A stretch of DNA of 64,000 nt from Terriglobia bacterium (GTDB lineage Bacteria > Acidobacteriota > Terriglobia > UBA7540), in assembly GCA_046706005.1 (NCBI GenBank), contig JBJKPU010000132.1:1-64000 (forward strand), written 5' to 3'. Under the pieces are notes generated by a model. The model was given only the letters and a program-made list of their open reading frames with translations, had not been told where the DNA came from and did no database searches. The translations under genes were made by a program, and so were the position numbers. This document shows, piece after piece, positions 7,847 through 17,459 of this stretch. How positions within the stretch are numbered: the first letter of the stretch is position 1; each line of letters starts with the position of its first letter.

Positions 7847-9961
7847 ATGAATGCCAAAACCAGAATCCGCATGGGGACGGCTGCGATTTCGCTTCTGGTA
7901 GCCGCCGTGGCGTTTGCCTGCTTCTCGGCGATTCGCGAATTGACTCGCGCCAACGACCTCGTCGCTCACACCAACCGGGTTCTTGATGAAATCGATGCCA
8001 TTCCTTCCTACACCAAGGATGTGATCTCCGGCGCGCGGGGATATGTCATCACCGGCAACCGGATTTATCTTCAAGTTTACAACGACGCGGGCTCCCAGAT
8101 CGGATCCCACCTGAACTCGCTGTTCGACCTCACGGCTGACAGCCCGGTTCAGCGGAAGCACGCCGCCGAGCTTCGCGCGCTGGTTCAGGACGAACTCGAT
8201 ATTCAGGCGAAGATCATTCAGGCCCGGGCGGCGGGCGGCAAGCAGCTGCAGCAGGCTGCTTTTCTGGAAAGCGGCAAGCAGACCATGGACCGCATCCGCA
8301 GCCTCAGCGCTGAAATGAAGTTGGAGGAAAACCGTGTCCTGACGGACAACATGGACGCGGCCGACCTCCGCACGCGGCAACTGGAGATTACGATCTTCGC
8401 CCTCTGCCTTCTGGCCGTGCTGATGGTGGGCGGCACCTACGCCATCTGGGTGCACGACGGCCGCCTGCATGAGCAGGCTTCGCAGGAGCTGCGCGAGAGC
8501 GAGGAAAAGATCCGGCTGCTTCTCAACTCCGCTGCGGAAGCTATTTACAGCATCGATTTGCAGGGCAAATGCACCAGCTGCAATCCCGCCTGCCTTCACA
8601 TGCTGGGTTATCAGGATGAGCAGCAACTGCTGGGGCACGACATCCACAAGCTGGTTCATCACACCATGGCGAATGGCATGCCGTTGCCGGGCCGCGAATG
8701 CCGCATCCTGCGCGCCCTGCCATTGGAGCGCGGCGTCCACTCCGATGACGAAGTTTTCTGGCGCGCCGACGGCTCCAGCTTTCCCGTCGAATACTGGTCC
8801 TATCCCATGCGGCGCGACGGCAAAATAACCGGCGCCGTGATCACTTTTTTTGACATCACGCGCCGCAAGCAGACTGATGACGCGCTGGTGGAGGCGAACC
8901 AGAGGCTGGAAGCTTCCGTCCGCGACCTGGAGCGCGCCGGCGACGAAATTTCCCGCCTCAAGGAAATGGGCAGCCTGTTGCAAAGCTGTTTGACGCTTGA
9001 GGAAGCCTATCAGGTGGTCGAGCGGAGCGTGCGCGGCCTTTTCCCGCAGGAGTCGGGCGGCGTTTTCGTCATCGCTTCCTCGCGCGACATCGTGGAAGCG
9101 CAAGCCGTGTGGGGGCCGGGGCTCAGCGGCGAGAATGTTTTCAGCCGCGACGATTGCTGGGCGCTGCGCAGCGGCCAGCCCCATCGCGTGGAGGGCGGAC
9201 AATCGGGTCTGGTCTGCCGTCACGTCTCGTACTCGGATGGAATGTCCTACCTTTGCCTGCCCATGGTGGCGCAGGGCGAGGCGCTGGGTGTTCTGCACTT
9301 GCAGTTTCACGCCCCCGCGGGCTCCGAGATGGCGCTCGATGGAGACCACTTCCTGGGCCACCGGGAGGGCCTGGCCTCAACCGTGGCCGAGCAAATCGCT
9401 CTGGCCCTGGCCAATCTCCGGCTGCGCGACGCTCTGCGCGCCCAGTCCATTCGCGATCCGCTCACCGGCCTCTTCAACCGCCGTTTTATGGAGGAATCAC
9501 TCGACCGGGAACTGAAGCGTTCGGCGCGCAGCGGCCGCCCCGTGGGCGTGATCCTGCTCGATGTGGATCACTTCAAGCGCTACAACGATACCTACGGCCA
9601 CGAGGCCGGCGACGCCGTGCTGCGCGAGCTTGGCAACTTCATCCGCGCCCTGGTTCGCGGCGAAGATGTTGCCTGCCGTTATGGCGGCGAAGAGTTCATC
9701 CTTCTTATGCCCGAAGCCACGGTTGAAATCGCCGCCGCCCGCGCCGAGCAGTTGCGCCAGGGCGTGAAGCGCATTCAGGTCAGCGCTCATGGCCAGCCGC
9801 TGGGCGCCATCAGCATTTCGATCGGCGTGGCCGCCTATCCCGTCCACGGCGTGCTTTCCGACGTCCTCCTGCGCTCCGCCGATAACGCGCTCTATGAGGC
9901 CAAAAGTCTCGGCCGCGACCGCGTCGTCATTTCCACCGCCATCCCCGAAACCACCGCTTGA
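7847..9961 (+). CDS. membrane sensor diguanylate cyclase: CHASE3-TM-PAS-GAF-GGDEF
   Basis: N-terminal TM, CHASE3-like periplasmic region, second TM, PAS (CNPACLHMLGYQDEQQLLGHD), GAF, and a GGDEF domain with intact RYGGEEF and DxLT motifs. Confidence 0.85.
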   Translation: MNAKTRIRMGTAAISLLVAAVAFACFSAIRELTRANDLVAHTNRVLDEIDAIPSYTKDVISGARGYVITGNRIYLQVYNDAGSQIGSHLNSLFDLTADSPVQRKHAAELRALVQDELDIQAKIIQARAAGGKQLQQAAFLESGKQTMDRIRSLSAEMKLEENRVLTDNMDAADLRTRQLEITIFALCLLAVLMVGGTYAIWVHDGRLHEQASQELRESEEKIRLLLNSAAEAIYSIDLQGKCTSCNPACLHMLGYQDEQQLLGHDIHKLVHHTMANGMPLPGRECRILRALPLERGVHSDDEVFWRADGSSFPVEYWSYPMRRDGKITGAVITFFDITRRKQTDDALVEANQRLEASVRDLERAGDEISRLKEMGSLLQSCLTLEEAYQVVERSVRGLFPQESGGVFVIASSRDIVEAQAVWGPGLSGENVFSRDDCWALRSGQPHRVEGGQSGLVCRHVSYSDGMSYLCLPMVAQGEALGVLHLQFHAPAGSEMALDGDHFLGHREGLASTVAEQIALALANLRLRDALRAQSIRDPLTGLFNRRFMEESLDRELKRSARSGRPVGVILLDVDHFKRYNDTYGHEAGDAVLRELGNFIRALVRGEDVACRYGGEEFILLMPEATVEIAAARAEQLRQGVKRIQVSAHGQPLGAISISIGVAAYPVHGVLSDVLLRSADNALYEAKSLGRDRVVISTAIPETTA

Positions 9962-10060
9962 TGCCCACCGGATGCGCAACGGCTTCCGAGGGCTTTGCCC
10001 ATCGGCTGTGGCCTGCGTAAAAGTCATGAGTCTTTTTCGCGCGGTTCGTCGTAGATCAGA

Positions 10061-10669
10061 TTGGAGCGTACAATGGACGGCGCGATTCACCTCTTCGCAA
10101 TCACGATGGAACCGGAAACCAGAGCAGTGGCTCGCGGCTTGCGCCGGCGCGATCCGGACTTGTTGGACGCCCTGATCTCGCATTACGAATATCGCCTCTA
10201 CCGATACCTGCTTTACCTGACCGGCAACGAGGATGCCGCCCGCGATCTCTTTCAGGAAACCTGGTTGCGCGTGCTGGCCCGCGGCCATCAGTACGACGGA
10301 GTGTCCCGTTTTGAGCCCTGGCTCTTCTCGATTGCGCGTCACCTGGTGATTGACGCAAGCCGCCGCAGAAAGATGGAAAGTCTGGATGAAATGCTCGACG
10401 CGTCTTCGGGAGCGGTTCAGGAGCCGCGCGCGCCGGAGGAAGCTTCGCCGCTCGCTGAATATTCGAACCGCGAGCTCGCAACCAGGCTGGGAGGAATTCT
10501 GCAACGTTTGTCGGCCGTTTACCGGGAAGTTCTGCTGCTGAGGTTTCAGGAAGACATGACGTTAAAAGAAATCGCCGGCGTCCTTCGGGTCCCGATTGCA
10601 ACCGTGAAGTCCCGGCTGTATCGCGGGCTGAGCGCCGCCCGGGATTTCATCGAGGAACAACAGTCATGA
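10061..10669 (+). CDS. ECF (sigma-70 family) RNA polymerase sigma factor
   Basis: Region 2 (DLFQETWLRVL) and region 4 HTH (LKEIAGVLRVPIATVKSRLYRG). Confidence 0.85.
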   Translation: MERTMDGAIHLFAITMEPETRAVARGLRRRDPDLLDALISHYEYRLYRYLLYLTGNEDAARDLFQETWLRVLARGHQYDGVSRFEPWLFSIARHLVIDASRRRKMESLDEMLDASSGAVQEPRAPEEASPLAEYSNRELATRLGGILQRLSAVYREVLLLRFQEDMTLKEIAGVLRVPIATVKSRLYRGLSAARDFIEEQQS

Positions 10670-11163
10670 AGAACCCAGATGATTCGCACGAACGCGCGCG
10701 GCGGCTGATCGATGCGGAACGCGTCGAAGGTCTTGCTCGCGAGGAAAGCCGCTGGCTTCAGGATCACCTTGCTGCTTGTGAAGACTGTGCCCGCCGGGCC
10801 GCGGGAACGGATGCGGCGATTCGCGCGCTGCGATCGATTTCCGTGGCCTTGCCGCCGGGACTTTCGGCCGTGACCAGGCAGCGAGTGCGCGTCCGGGCCC
10901 GAGAGCTGGCGCAACATCGAACCAAGAATCTGGTGTTGGCCGCCGCCTGCGCGCTCTCCTGGCTGGCCGGAGTGGCGAGCGCGCCTCTGGTGTGGAAGCT
11001 TTGCGCGTGGATTGGATCGCAGCTTGACCTTCCGCGCATCGTGTGGCAACTGGCGTTCTTTTTCTGGTGGGCTGTGCCTGCCGCGGCGGTCAGCGTTGTG
11101 ATTTTGCTGGCGAAGTCACGCAGCAATTACGGACTGAATTTTCCAGATTCCGACGGGTTCTGA
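10666..11163 (+). CDS. putative anti-sigma factor (zf-HC2-like, single TM)
   Basis: 4-bp overlap with the sigma gene (ATGA). HLAACEDCARR motif plus a TM segment. Confidence 0.6.
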   Translation: MKNPDDSHERARRLIDAERVEGLAREESRWLQDHLAACEDCARRAAGTDAAIRALRSISVALPPGLSAVTRQRVRVRARELAQHRTKNLVLAAACALSWLAGVASAPLVWKLCAWIGSQLDLPRIVWQLAFFFWWAVPAAAVSVVILLAKSRSNYGLNFPDSDGF

Positions 11164-11165
11164 AG

Positions 11166-11816
11166 ATGAAGCCGGCGGAAAGTAAGTCAGCAGAAGGTGA
11201 GGGTATGAAGATGGCGAACCAGGAAGGTTTTGCGGCAAGAATGAAAGAAAACCGGCGATTGCGCGCCGGTGAAAAGAAAACTTTCCGGAGCGAGCTGCGC
11301 GTTATTCCGGGCTGGCTGAGGAGTCTGGTTGCGGGCCTCTATCTGATTGCGCTCGCCTTCGTGGGGTATCTGGTCATTTCCAGACCGGGTGACGTGAAGA
11401 TGACCCCGGATCTGCTGGTCAACCAACCCATGATGTTAAAGCTGCTCGTCATGTTCGCCATCGTGACGGTGGTCGCCTTCTTTCTCGGAGGCTTGGTGTT
11501 GCTGTTCGGTTACGTCGGAGGCGACGCGAAGCGCCGCGGAATGATGGCGTGGCTTTGGGTGCTGGTGGCGATCTTCGTACCGTACCTGATCGGCGTGATT
11601 CTCTACTTTGTAGTGCGCGAGCCGCTGCCTTCGGAATGCCCCCAGTGCGGAACCACGGTGGCGGCGCAGTTCAATTTCTGCCCGAGTTGCAAGTTCAACC
11701 TGCGGCCCAACTGTCCGCAATGCCGGCTCGCGATTCGTCCCGGAGACACTTATTGCCCGCATTGCGGCCTCTCGCTTCCCCAGGACGCTCCCGCTCAGGC
11801 CGGCGCGAATGCGTAG
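11166..11816 (+). CDS. membrane protein with PLD-nuclease N-terminal-like (PLDc_N) segment and C-terminal double zinc ribbon
   Basis: GGDAKRRGMMAWLWVLVAIFVPYLIGVILYFVVR resembles PF13396. C-terminus CPQCG...CPSC...CPQC...CPHCG. The in-frame upstream part of table ORF 11043.. overlaps the anti-sigma gene and is rejected. Confidence 0.55.
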   Translation: MKPAESKSAEGEGMKMANQEGFAARMKENRRLRAGEKKTFRSELRVIPGWLRSLVAGLYLIALAFVGYLVISRPGDVKMTPDLLVNQPMMLKLLVMFAIVTVVAFFLGGLVLLFGYVGGDAKRRGMMAWLWVLVAIFVPYLIGVILYFVVREPLPSECPQCGTTVAAQFNFCPSCKFNLRPNCPQCRLAIRPGDTYCPHCGLSLPQDAPAQAGANA

Positions 11817-11867
11817 CGCACACCGCGGTTTCCGTGGTCACCGGCATCTTGTTAATGGGCTCGCGGC

Positions 11868-12038
11868 CTAACCTCTGAGGTTCAGGGGCGGGATGCTGTA
11901 TTTTCGCGCCACGCGCCGCAGGTAATCCTGCTGCTTGCCGTGCTTGAGCACGAACCATGCGGCGAAGATCGGCAGGAAAAGACCCGCGAAGAGGGTTACG
12001 ACCATAGCGATAATCTTGATGAGGGCGACTTTTTCCAT
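11868..12038 (-). CDS. small single-TM protein (56 aa), hypothetical
   Basis: MEKVALIKIIAMVVTLFAGLFLPIFAAWFVLKHGKQQDYLRRVARKYSIPPLNLRG. Strong GC3 codon bias. Lies 54 nt downstream of ilvE on the same strand. No clear SD. Below the ORF-table length cutoff. Confidence 0.3.
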   Translation of the reverse strand: MEKVALIKIIAMVVTLFAGLFLPIFAAWFVLKHGKQQDYLRRVARKYSIPPLNLRG

Positions 12039-12092
12039 AGGAGATTTATACGCCCGCCTCAGGCGCGAGTCAACCTTCCGGGAACGGCGGCC

Positions 12093-13037
12093 CTAGCTTC
12101 GGGCCGATACGGCCTGGTTGCAGAAGCTGAGCCATCCGTGCTTGTCCGGGGCTTCGCCCTGCACGATGGCGAGGAACCGTTCCTGCAGCTTGCGAGTGAT
12201 GGGACCCGGCTTTCCTTTACCGACGGTGATGCGGTCAACGGAACGAACGGGAGTGATTTCCGCCGCCGTGCCGGTGAAGAAGACTTCATCGGCAATGTAG
12301 AGGACTTCGCGGGGCAACGGCTCCTGAATGACCTCGTAGCCGAGCTCGCCGGCGAGCGTGATGACGGAGGCGCGGGTGATTCCGGGCAGAACCGAGGAAG
12401 CCAGCGAAGGCGTGAACAATTTGCCGTCGCGCACGATGAAGATGTTTTCACCGCTGCCTTCGCTGATGGAGCCCGCCGCGTCCAGCGCAATGCCTTCCAC
12501 GTAGCCGTTGGTGACGGCTTCCATCTTGATGAGCTGGGCATTCATGTAATTTGAAGCCGCTTTGGCCATGGCCGGCAAAGTGTTCGGCGCAATGCGTCCC
12601 CAGGAGGAAACGCAGACGTCCACGCCCTGCTTCAGGGCTTCATCGCCCAGATACTTGCCCCACTTCCAGGCCAGCAGATAAACCTCAATCGGATTCGTAA
12701 GAGGATTCACGCCCAGTCCGCCGTAGCCTCTGAAAACCAGCGGGCGAATGTAGCAGGACTTGACGCTGTTCGTGCGCACCAGTTCGATCATCGCCTGCTG
12801 CAACTGGTCAACGGTAAATTCGACGTCCATGCGGTAAATTTTGGCGGAGTTTACCAGCCGCTCGGCGTGATCCTTCAGACGGAAAATGGCAGGCCCCTGT
12901 GCCGTTTCGTAGCACCGGATGCCTTCGAAAAGGCAGGAGGCGTAACTCACCACGTGCGAAGCAACGTGGATCGTCGCCTGATTCCATGGGATGAATTTTC
13001 CGTTATGCCAAACGTGCTCATAGTAATCGAGTGCCAT
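12093..13037 (-). CDS. ilvE: branched-chain amino acid aminotransferase
   Basis: Full-length class IV aminotransferase similarity (ASCLFEGIRCY... TGTAAEITPV). GGAGAG RBS. Confidence 0.9.
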   Translation of the reverse strand: MALDYYEHVWHNGKFIPWNQATIHVASHVVSYASCLFEGIRCYETAQGPAIFRLKDHAERLVNSAKIYRMDVEFTVDQLQQAMIELVRTNSVKSCYIRPLVFRGYGGLGVNPLTNPIEVYLLAWKWGKYLGDEALKQGVDVCVSSWGRIAPNTLPAMAKAASNYMNAQLIKMEAVTNGYVEGIALDAAGSISEGSGENIFIVRDGKLFTPSLASSVLPGITRASVITLAGELGYEVIQEPLPREVLYIADEVFFTGTAAEITPVRSVDRITVGKGKPGPITRKLQERFLAIVQGEAPDKHGWLSFCNQAVSARS

Positions 13038-13379
13038 GGTGAACTCTCCGGTTGTTTCCAGCCTTTACTCCGCGCGCAATAACCGACCCTTCGCACAGAT
13101 GTGGCTTTGAAAATGCTCGAAATGATTATAGCACGAAGGGCTCGCGCCCTTTGCCCGGCTGTGGGGAAATGCGGCCGCCGCAATCATCCGGCGGGACGAG
13201 TCTGATGTGAGCCGCGGTTCGGGGCTGGTGCAATCGCGAGACGGACTTTTTCCGCGGCGCGAAGGGGGGTGATCGGGATGCCGGAAACCGGCAAAACTTC
13301 TTATGGCTGTAACCATATTTTTCTATTTGCGTCTATAGAAGTGTAGTGGTAATGTCGCCACTACGAAGGAGAGGCGCTG

Positions 13380-13808
13380 TTGCACATGGCCTTTATTCGC
13401 AAGCGCGGGAACTCTTATTACCTGGTTCACTGTGTCCGGGAGGACGGCCGGGTGCGGCAGATTCACCTGGCTCGCCTCGGACGGCGCCCGCGCATCAGTG
13501 ACGAAGTGATCCAGGGGGTCACTTCCAGGCATCCCTTTGTGCGCGTTGATTGGCGCGAGCTGCGCGAGAAGTCCTCGCGCGAACTGGTGAAGCCTTTTGA
13601 GAACGACTCACAGTATTTGCAGGATCTGGTGGGGACGGTTCGGGGTCTCCATCTGGACATTGCGGATTTGCATTTTCCGGTTCTGCAGATGACGAAGGAC
13701 CGCGAGTTGCTGGCGCAGTTGACGGCCAGCCTGCGGCTCCTGCGCTCGACACTGGACGTGAAACTCAATCAGCTTCGTAAAGGGAAGACGCATCCTTATG
13801 CGAATTAG
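13380..13808 (+). CDS. hypothetical protein; N-terminus resembles a phage-integrase arm-type/AP2-like DNA-binding motif
   Basis: MAFIRKRGNSYYLVHCVREDGRVRQIHLARLG resembles integrase N-terminal arm domains (xRKRGxSWxxxY). No recombinase catalytic region. AGGAGAGG RBS. Palindrome GTAGTGG-N8-CCACTAC at 13343-13364 just upstream. Confidence 0.5.
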   Translation: MHMAFIRKRGNSYYLVHCVREDGRVRQIHLARLGRRPRISDEVIQGVTSRHPFVRVDWRELREKSSRELVKPFENDSQYLQDLVGTVRGLHLDIADLHFPVLQMTKDRELLAQLTASLRLLRSTLDVKLNQLRKGKTHPYAN

Positions 13809-13825
13809 GGTGGGGAGACAATCAC

Positions 13826-14968
13826 ATGAGCACAGCACAGACAGTTCTTGATCCAAGCCTGCAAAGCCCTGAAGTCCAGGACTTCGAAAAGGCTTTGCTG
13901 GAACGCGTGGTCGGGCAGGACCGCGCCGTTCGGCGCCTGGCGCGCGTCTACCAGGTTTACACGGCTGGACTCTCGACTCCCGGCCGGCCCATCGTGAACC
14001 TGCTGTTTCTCGGCCCGACCGGTTCCGGCAAGACCCGGCTGGTGGAAGCCGTGGCGGAAGTGCTGTTCGGCGACGCCCGCGCCGTGCTCAAGATCGATTG
14101 CGCCGAATTCCAGCACAGCCATGAAATCGCCAAGCTGATCGGCTCGCCTCCGGGCTATCTGGGCCACCGTGAAACGCAACCGCTGATTACCCAGGAAGTG
14201 CTGGAAGGGCACTTTACCGAGAAGCTCAAAATCGCCCTGGTGCTTTTCGACGAAATCGAAAAGGCGTCGGATTCGCTCTGGCAGCTTTTGCTGGGGATTC
14301 TGGACAAAGCGACGCTGACCCTGGGTGACAATCGCCGCGTGGATTTTTCCCGCGCCATGATTTTCCTGACGTCCAACATCGGCTCGCATGAGGTTTCCCG
14401 CCTGATGGAAGGCGGTCTGGGTTTCTCCGCCACCAGTCGTCAGGTCGAAGGTGAAATGGATCAGAAGATTTACCGCGTCGCCGCGGAAGGCGCGCGCCGC
14501 AAATTTTCTCCGGAGTTCATGAACCGCATCGACAAGGTCATCGTGTTCCGGTCGCTGCAGCGCGATCACTTGGAGAAGATTCTGGATATCGAGCTCGGCG
14601 TGGTTCAGAGGCGGATCATGTCGGCTGCTGCGGACAATCAGTTTGTGTTCAAGTGCACGACCGCGGCGCGGGACTTCCTGATTGCCGAAGGTACGGATCC
14701 AAAATACGGCGCGCGCCACCTGAAACGCGCCATCGAGCGGCATCTGGTTTTTCCGCTTTCCAATCTGGTTGCGACGCGGCAGGTGCGCCTGGGCGATTTC
14801 ATTACCGTGGACGCGCCGCCGGAAAGTCCGAAGCTGGTCTTTGTGCGCGAAGAGCAGGGGGCCATCGTCGGCTGCGTGGAAGCGCCGCCGGCCGAGCCCG
14901 CTCCGCCGCCGGCAACGCCCGCGCATAAGACGGCTCGAGCGCTCGCCAAACGCGCCAGCCGGGATTGA
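13826..14968 (+). CDS. standalone AAA+ ATPase of the ClpA/ClpB D2 (AAA_2 + ClpB_D2-small) type
   Basis: Walker A GPTGSGKT, sensor/arginine-finger region, Walker B LVLFDEIEKA, and a ClpB-D2-small-like C-terminus (RVDFSRAMIFLTSNIGS...GARHLKRAIERHL). No N-domain and no D1. Confidence 0.8.
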   Translation: MSTAQTVLDPSLQSPEVQDFEKALLERVVGQDRAVRRLARVYQVYTAGLSTPGRPIVNLLFLGPTGSGKTRLVEAVAEVLFGDARAVLKIDCAEFQHSHEIAKLIGSPPGYLGHRETQPLITQEVLEGHFTEKLKIALVLFDEIEKASDSLWQLLLGILDKATLTLGDNRRVDFSRAMIFLTSNIGSHEVSRLMEGGLGFSATSRQVEGEMDQKIYRVAAEGARRKFSPEFMNRIDKVIVFRSLQRDHLEKILDIELGVVQRRIMSAAADNQFVFKCTTAARDFLIAEGTDPKYGARHLKRAIERHLVFPLSNLVATRQVRLGDFITVDAPPESPKLVFVREEQGAIVGCVEAPPAEPAPPPATPAHKTARALAKRASRD

Positions 14969-14975
14969 CCGGGCG

Positions 14976-15815
14976 TCATTTCAGTTTTTTTCCGCTGTAC
15001 ACGGTGAGGCGAGATCCATCGGCGATGAAGGCTGAATCCGGCCGGCGCGCAAGTATCTTTCCGAATTCCGAACCGTAAAGAGAACTCGTGTCACCTTCCA
15101 GTCCGGCTTCCAGGCAGGTCCAGACTTTCCAGCGCGGATGCGCAACGTGATATTCCAGCGAGCCGCCCCGGCCGCTTGAATAGCCCCAATAATGTTCGGT
15201 GATGAATTGTTCCAGGCTTCCGGCCCTGGCCGGCCTTGGCGCTCCATCGCCCCGCGCCGAAAGCTTGCACCAATCATTGCGGAGCTGCCACTCGTACGCG
15301 ACGGTTTTGTGCCTTGTGCCTCTGCTGAGCCTGTGCCGCATGGGAAGATGGATGTAATTTTCCCCATAGAGAAGGCGGGCAATTCCCGCCACCGCAACTC
15401 TGGGGACGATCTCGGCGATGAACGTCACGCCCTTCCGAACTTCACCCTCCGTCTTGCGCCGGACGTAAAATCGAAGATTGACTTCATCGAAATCGGTATG
15501 AAAGGGCACCGGAACTGCTCCCAGGAGCTTTGTCCTGCGAAATTGAAATCCCACCATGCTCACGTAGGTTCTTCCCTCAAACGAATCCAATTGCGTTCCC
15601 GCCGGAACATGCGCTTGCAGCAGGTTCGGGTCAACTTCGTAGTTCAGCATGATGAGATCGCGCCACTCGGCGGAAAGGAAGACCCGCTCGCGGTCGGCCG
15701 TTGGGACGTCTTCAGGCTTGGGATTCACGCCCTTGAGTTTACCAGGAGCAGCTCCGGACTGCTCAATCCGTCGAGCGGCGGTTTGTCTGCATCCGCGTTT
15801 TCCCAATATTTCCAA
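14976..15815 (-). CDS. DUF2071 (YqjF-like) family protein; true start probably internal
   Basis: The WRDLIMLNYEVDPNLLQAHVP start is typical of DUF2071. The N-terminal 50 aa of the table ORF are probably not translated. Confidence 0.55.
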   Translation of the reverse strand: MEILGKRGCRQTAARRIEQSGAAPGKLKGVNPKPEDVPTADRERVFLSAEWRDLIMLNYEVDPNLLQAHVPAGTQLDSFEGRTYVSMVGFQFRRTKLLGAVPVPFHTDFDEVNLRFYVRRKTEGEVRKGVTFIAEIVPRVAVAGIARLLYGENYIHLPMRHRLSRGTRHKTVAYEWQLRNDWCKLSARGDGAPRPARAGSLEQFITEHYWGYSSGRGGSLEYHVAHPRWKVWTCLEAGLEGDTSSLYGSEFGKILARRPDSAFIADGSRLTVYSGKKLK

Positions 15816-15914
15816 ATTTAGCTCCGGTGCTTCTTCGAATTTGTTGCAAAATGATTCCTCCGGCCGCGCGCGTATACGCGAGGCTCAGGAATGAAATAAT
15901 GGAAGGCGGAAATC

Positions 15915-17459
15915 ATGAAGAGAAACTGGAAATCCAAAATCTCTCTGTTGCTGGCGATTCTGTCGATCGCCATTGCCGCGCCGCAGCTTGCGGCGCAACG
16001 GCGCGGTGCGCCTCCGCAGCCGGTGGACTGGTTTACGGGAAAACCGCGCGTGGTGATCATCAGCGACATTGGTAATGAGCCCGATGACCAGATGTCCTTC
16101 GTTCGCATGCTCGTTTACTCCAACGAATTCGATATCGAAGCGATGATTGCCGCGACGTCCACGTGGCAGAAGAACGCCACGCATCCGGAGACGATGCACA
16201 AGCTGATCCGTGCTTATGGCGAGGTGCGGCCGAACCTGCTGCTGAACGCCAAGGGCTGGCCGACCGAGGAGTATCTTGACCGGCGCGTCTTCGCCGGGCA
16301 GCCCGCTTATGGATTGGCCTCGACAGGCAAGGGCAAGAGTTCGCCCGGCTCAAAAGCTCTGGAAGCCGCCATCGAGCGCAACGATCCGCGTCCTCTTTGG
16401 ATCTGCATTTGGGGCGGCGCCAACTCGCTGGCTCAGGCGCTGATGGATCTGCGCGCCGGAAAGAGCCCGCAGGAGATGAAGGAACTGGTGGCGCGGCTGT
16501 GCGTCTATTCCATTTCCGACCAGGACGATGCCGGCCCGTGGATTCGGCGCGAGTTTCCAGGACTTTTTTACATCGTCACGCCCAGCCGGCCCAACAGCGA
16601 CAACTCTTACTTCGCCACCTGGACCGGAATCAGCGGCGACCGTTATTATCGCAATTGCGAGGGCGCCGACACCAGCGTTGTCACCAACCAATGGCTTGAC
16701 CGGAATATTCGTTCCAAGGGCCCGCTCGGCAAACTCTATCCAAAATTCATGTTCATCATGGAGGGCGACACGCCCAGCTTTCTGGGGCTGATTGACAACG
16801 GCCTCAACGCCTACCGCCGTCCCGACTGGGGAGGTTGGGGTGGCCGCTACGTCTATCTGCAGCCTTACGGAGAGACGCATCCCATCTGGACGCAGGGCGG
16901 AGATGAATTCGGCCGCTACACCACCTCGCAGGACACCGTCATCGGCGCGGATGGCCGCAAGCATGTTTCCGACCAGGCCAGCATCTGGCGCTGGCGCGAC
17001 GCTTTCCAGAACGATTTTGCCGCGCGCATGGATTGGACCGTGAAGGATTTCGCGCACGCGAATCACAATCCGCTCGTGGTTGTAAACGGCCGGCCGGGCA
17101 CCGCACCCATTCAGATGGAAGCCACGGCCGGGCAAATCGTGAAGTTGACGGCAGCGGGAACCAGCGACCCGGACCGCGGACAGAAGCTCAGCTATCATTG
17201 GTTCGTTTATCCGGAAGCGGGGCTTGACGGAACCCATGGCGCTGATGTGACACTCGCGGGCGCTGATCAGCCGGTTGTAAGCGTGGACGCGAAATCGGCC
17301 TGCCGCCCGTTGTGGCTGCCGAGCCTGGTGCCGTGCCGGGGTTCCGGCGTTGTGCACATCATCCTGGCGGTTACGGACAACGGCTCGCCGCGCCTCACGT
17401 CATACCGGCGCGTGATTCTGAAGGTGAACATCGCGGCGAGTGTCTTTAAGACAAATTAA
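15915..17459 (+). CDS. secreted DUF1593 (nucleoside-hydrolase-like) domain protein with C-terminal Ig-like region
   Basis: Signal peptide. DUF1593 hallmarks: VVIISDIGNEPDDQMSFVRMLVYSNEFDIEAMIAATS and WICIWGGANSLAQAL. Confidence 0.6.
   Translation: MKRNWKSKISLLLAILSIAIAAPQLAAQRRGAPPQPVDWFTGKPRVVIISDIGNEPDDQMSFVRMLVYSNEFDIEAMIAATSTWQKNATHPETMHKLIRAYGEVRPNLLLNAKGWPTEEYLDRRVFAGQPAYGLASTGKGKSSPGSKALEAAIERNDPRPLWICIWGGANSLAQALMDLRAGKSPQEMKELVARLCVYSISDQDDAGPWIRREFPGLFYIVTPSRPNSDNSYFATWTGISGDRYYRNCEGADTSVVTNQWLDRNIRSKGPLGKLYPKFMFIMEGDTPSFLGLIDNGLNAYRRPDWGGWGGRYVYLQPYGETHPIWTQGGDEFGRYTTSQDTVIGADGRKHVSDQASIWRWRDAFQNDFAARMDWTVKDFAHANHNPLVVVNGRPGTAPIQMEATAGQIVKLTAAGTSDPDRGQKLSYHWFVYPEAGLDGTHGADVTLAGADQPVVSVDAKSACRPLWLPSLVPCRGSGVVHIILAVTDNGSPRLTSYRRVILKVNIAASVFKTN

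Noticed and set aside
7571-9361. 596-aa minus-strand ORF
   Set aside because: Antisense of the CHASE3-PAS-GAF-GGDEF gene, which has clear domain signatures. Low-complexity A/R/G-rich translation.
9497-10504. 335-aa minus-strand ORF
   Set aside because: Antisense of the GGDEF 3' end and the ECF sigma gene.
13380-13808. Integrase / prophage boundary
   Set aside because: Only an arm-like N-terminal motif is present. There is no catalytic tyrosine-recombinase domain, no att repeats and no phage genes nearby.
13805-14926. 373-aa minus-strand ORF
   Set aside because: Antisense of the AAA+ ATPase gene, which has Walker A/B motifs.
16350-17357. 335-aa minus-strand ORF
   Set aside because: Antisense of the DUF1593 gene.
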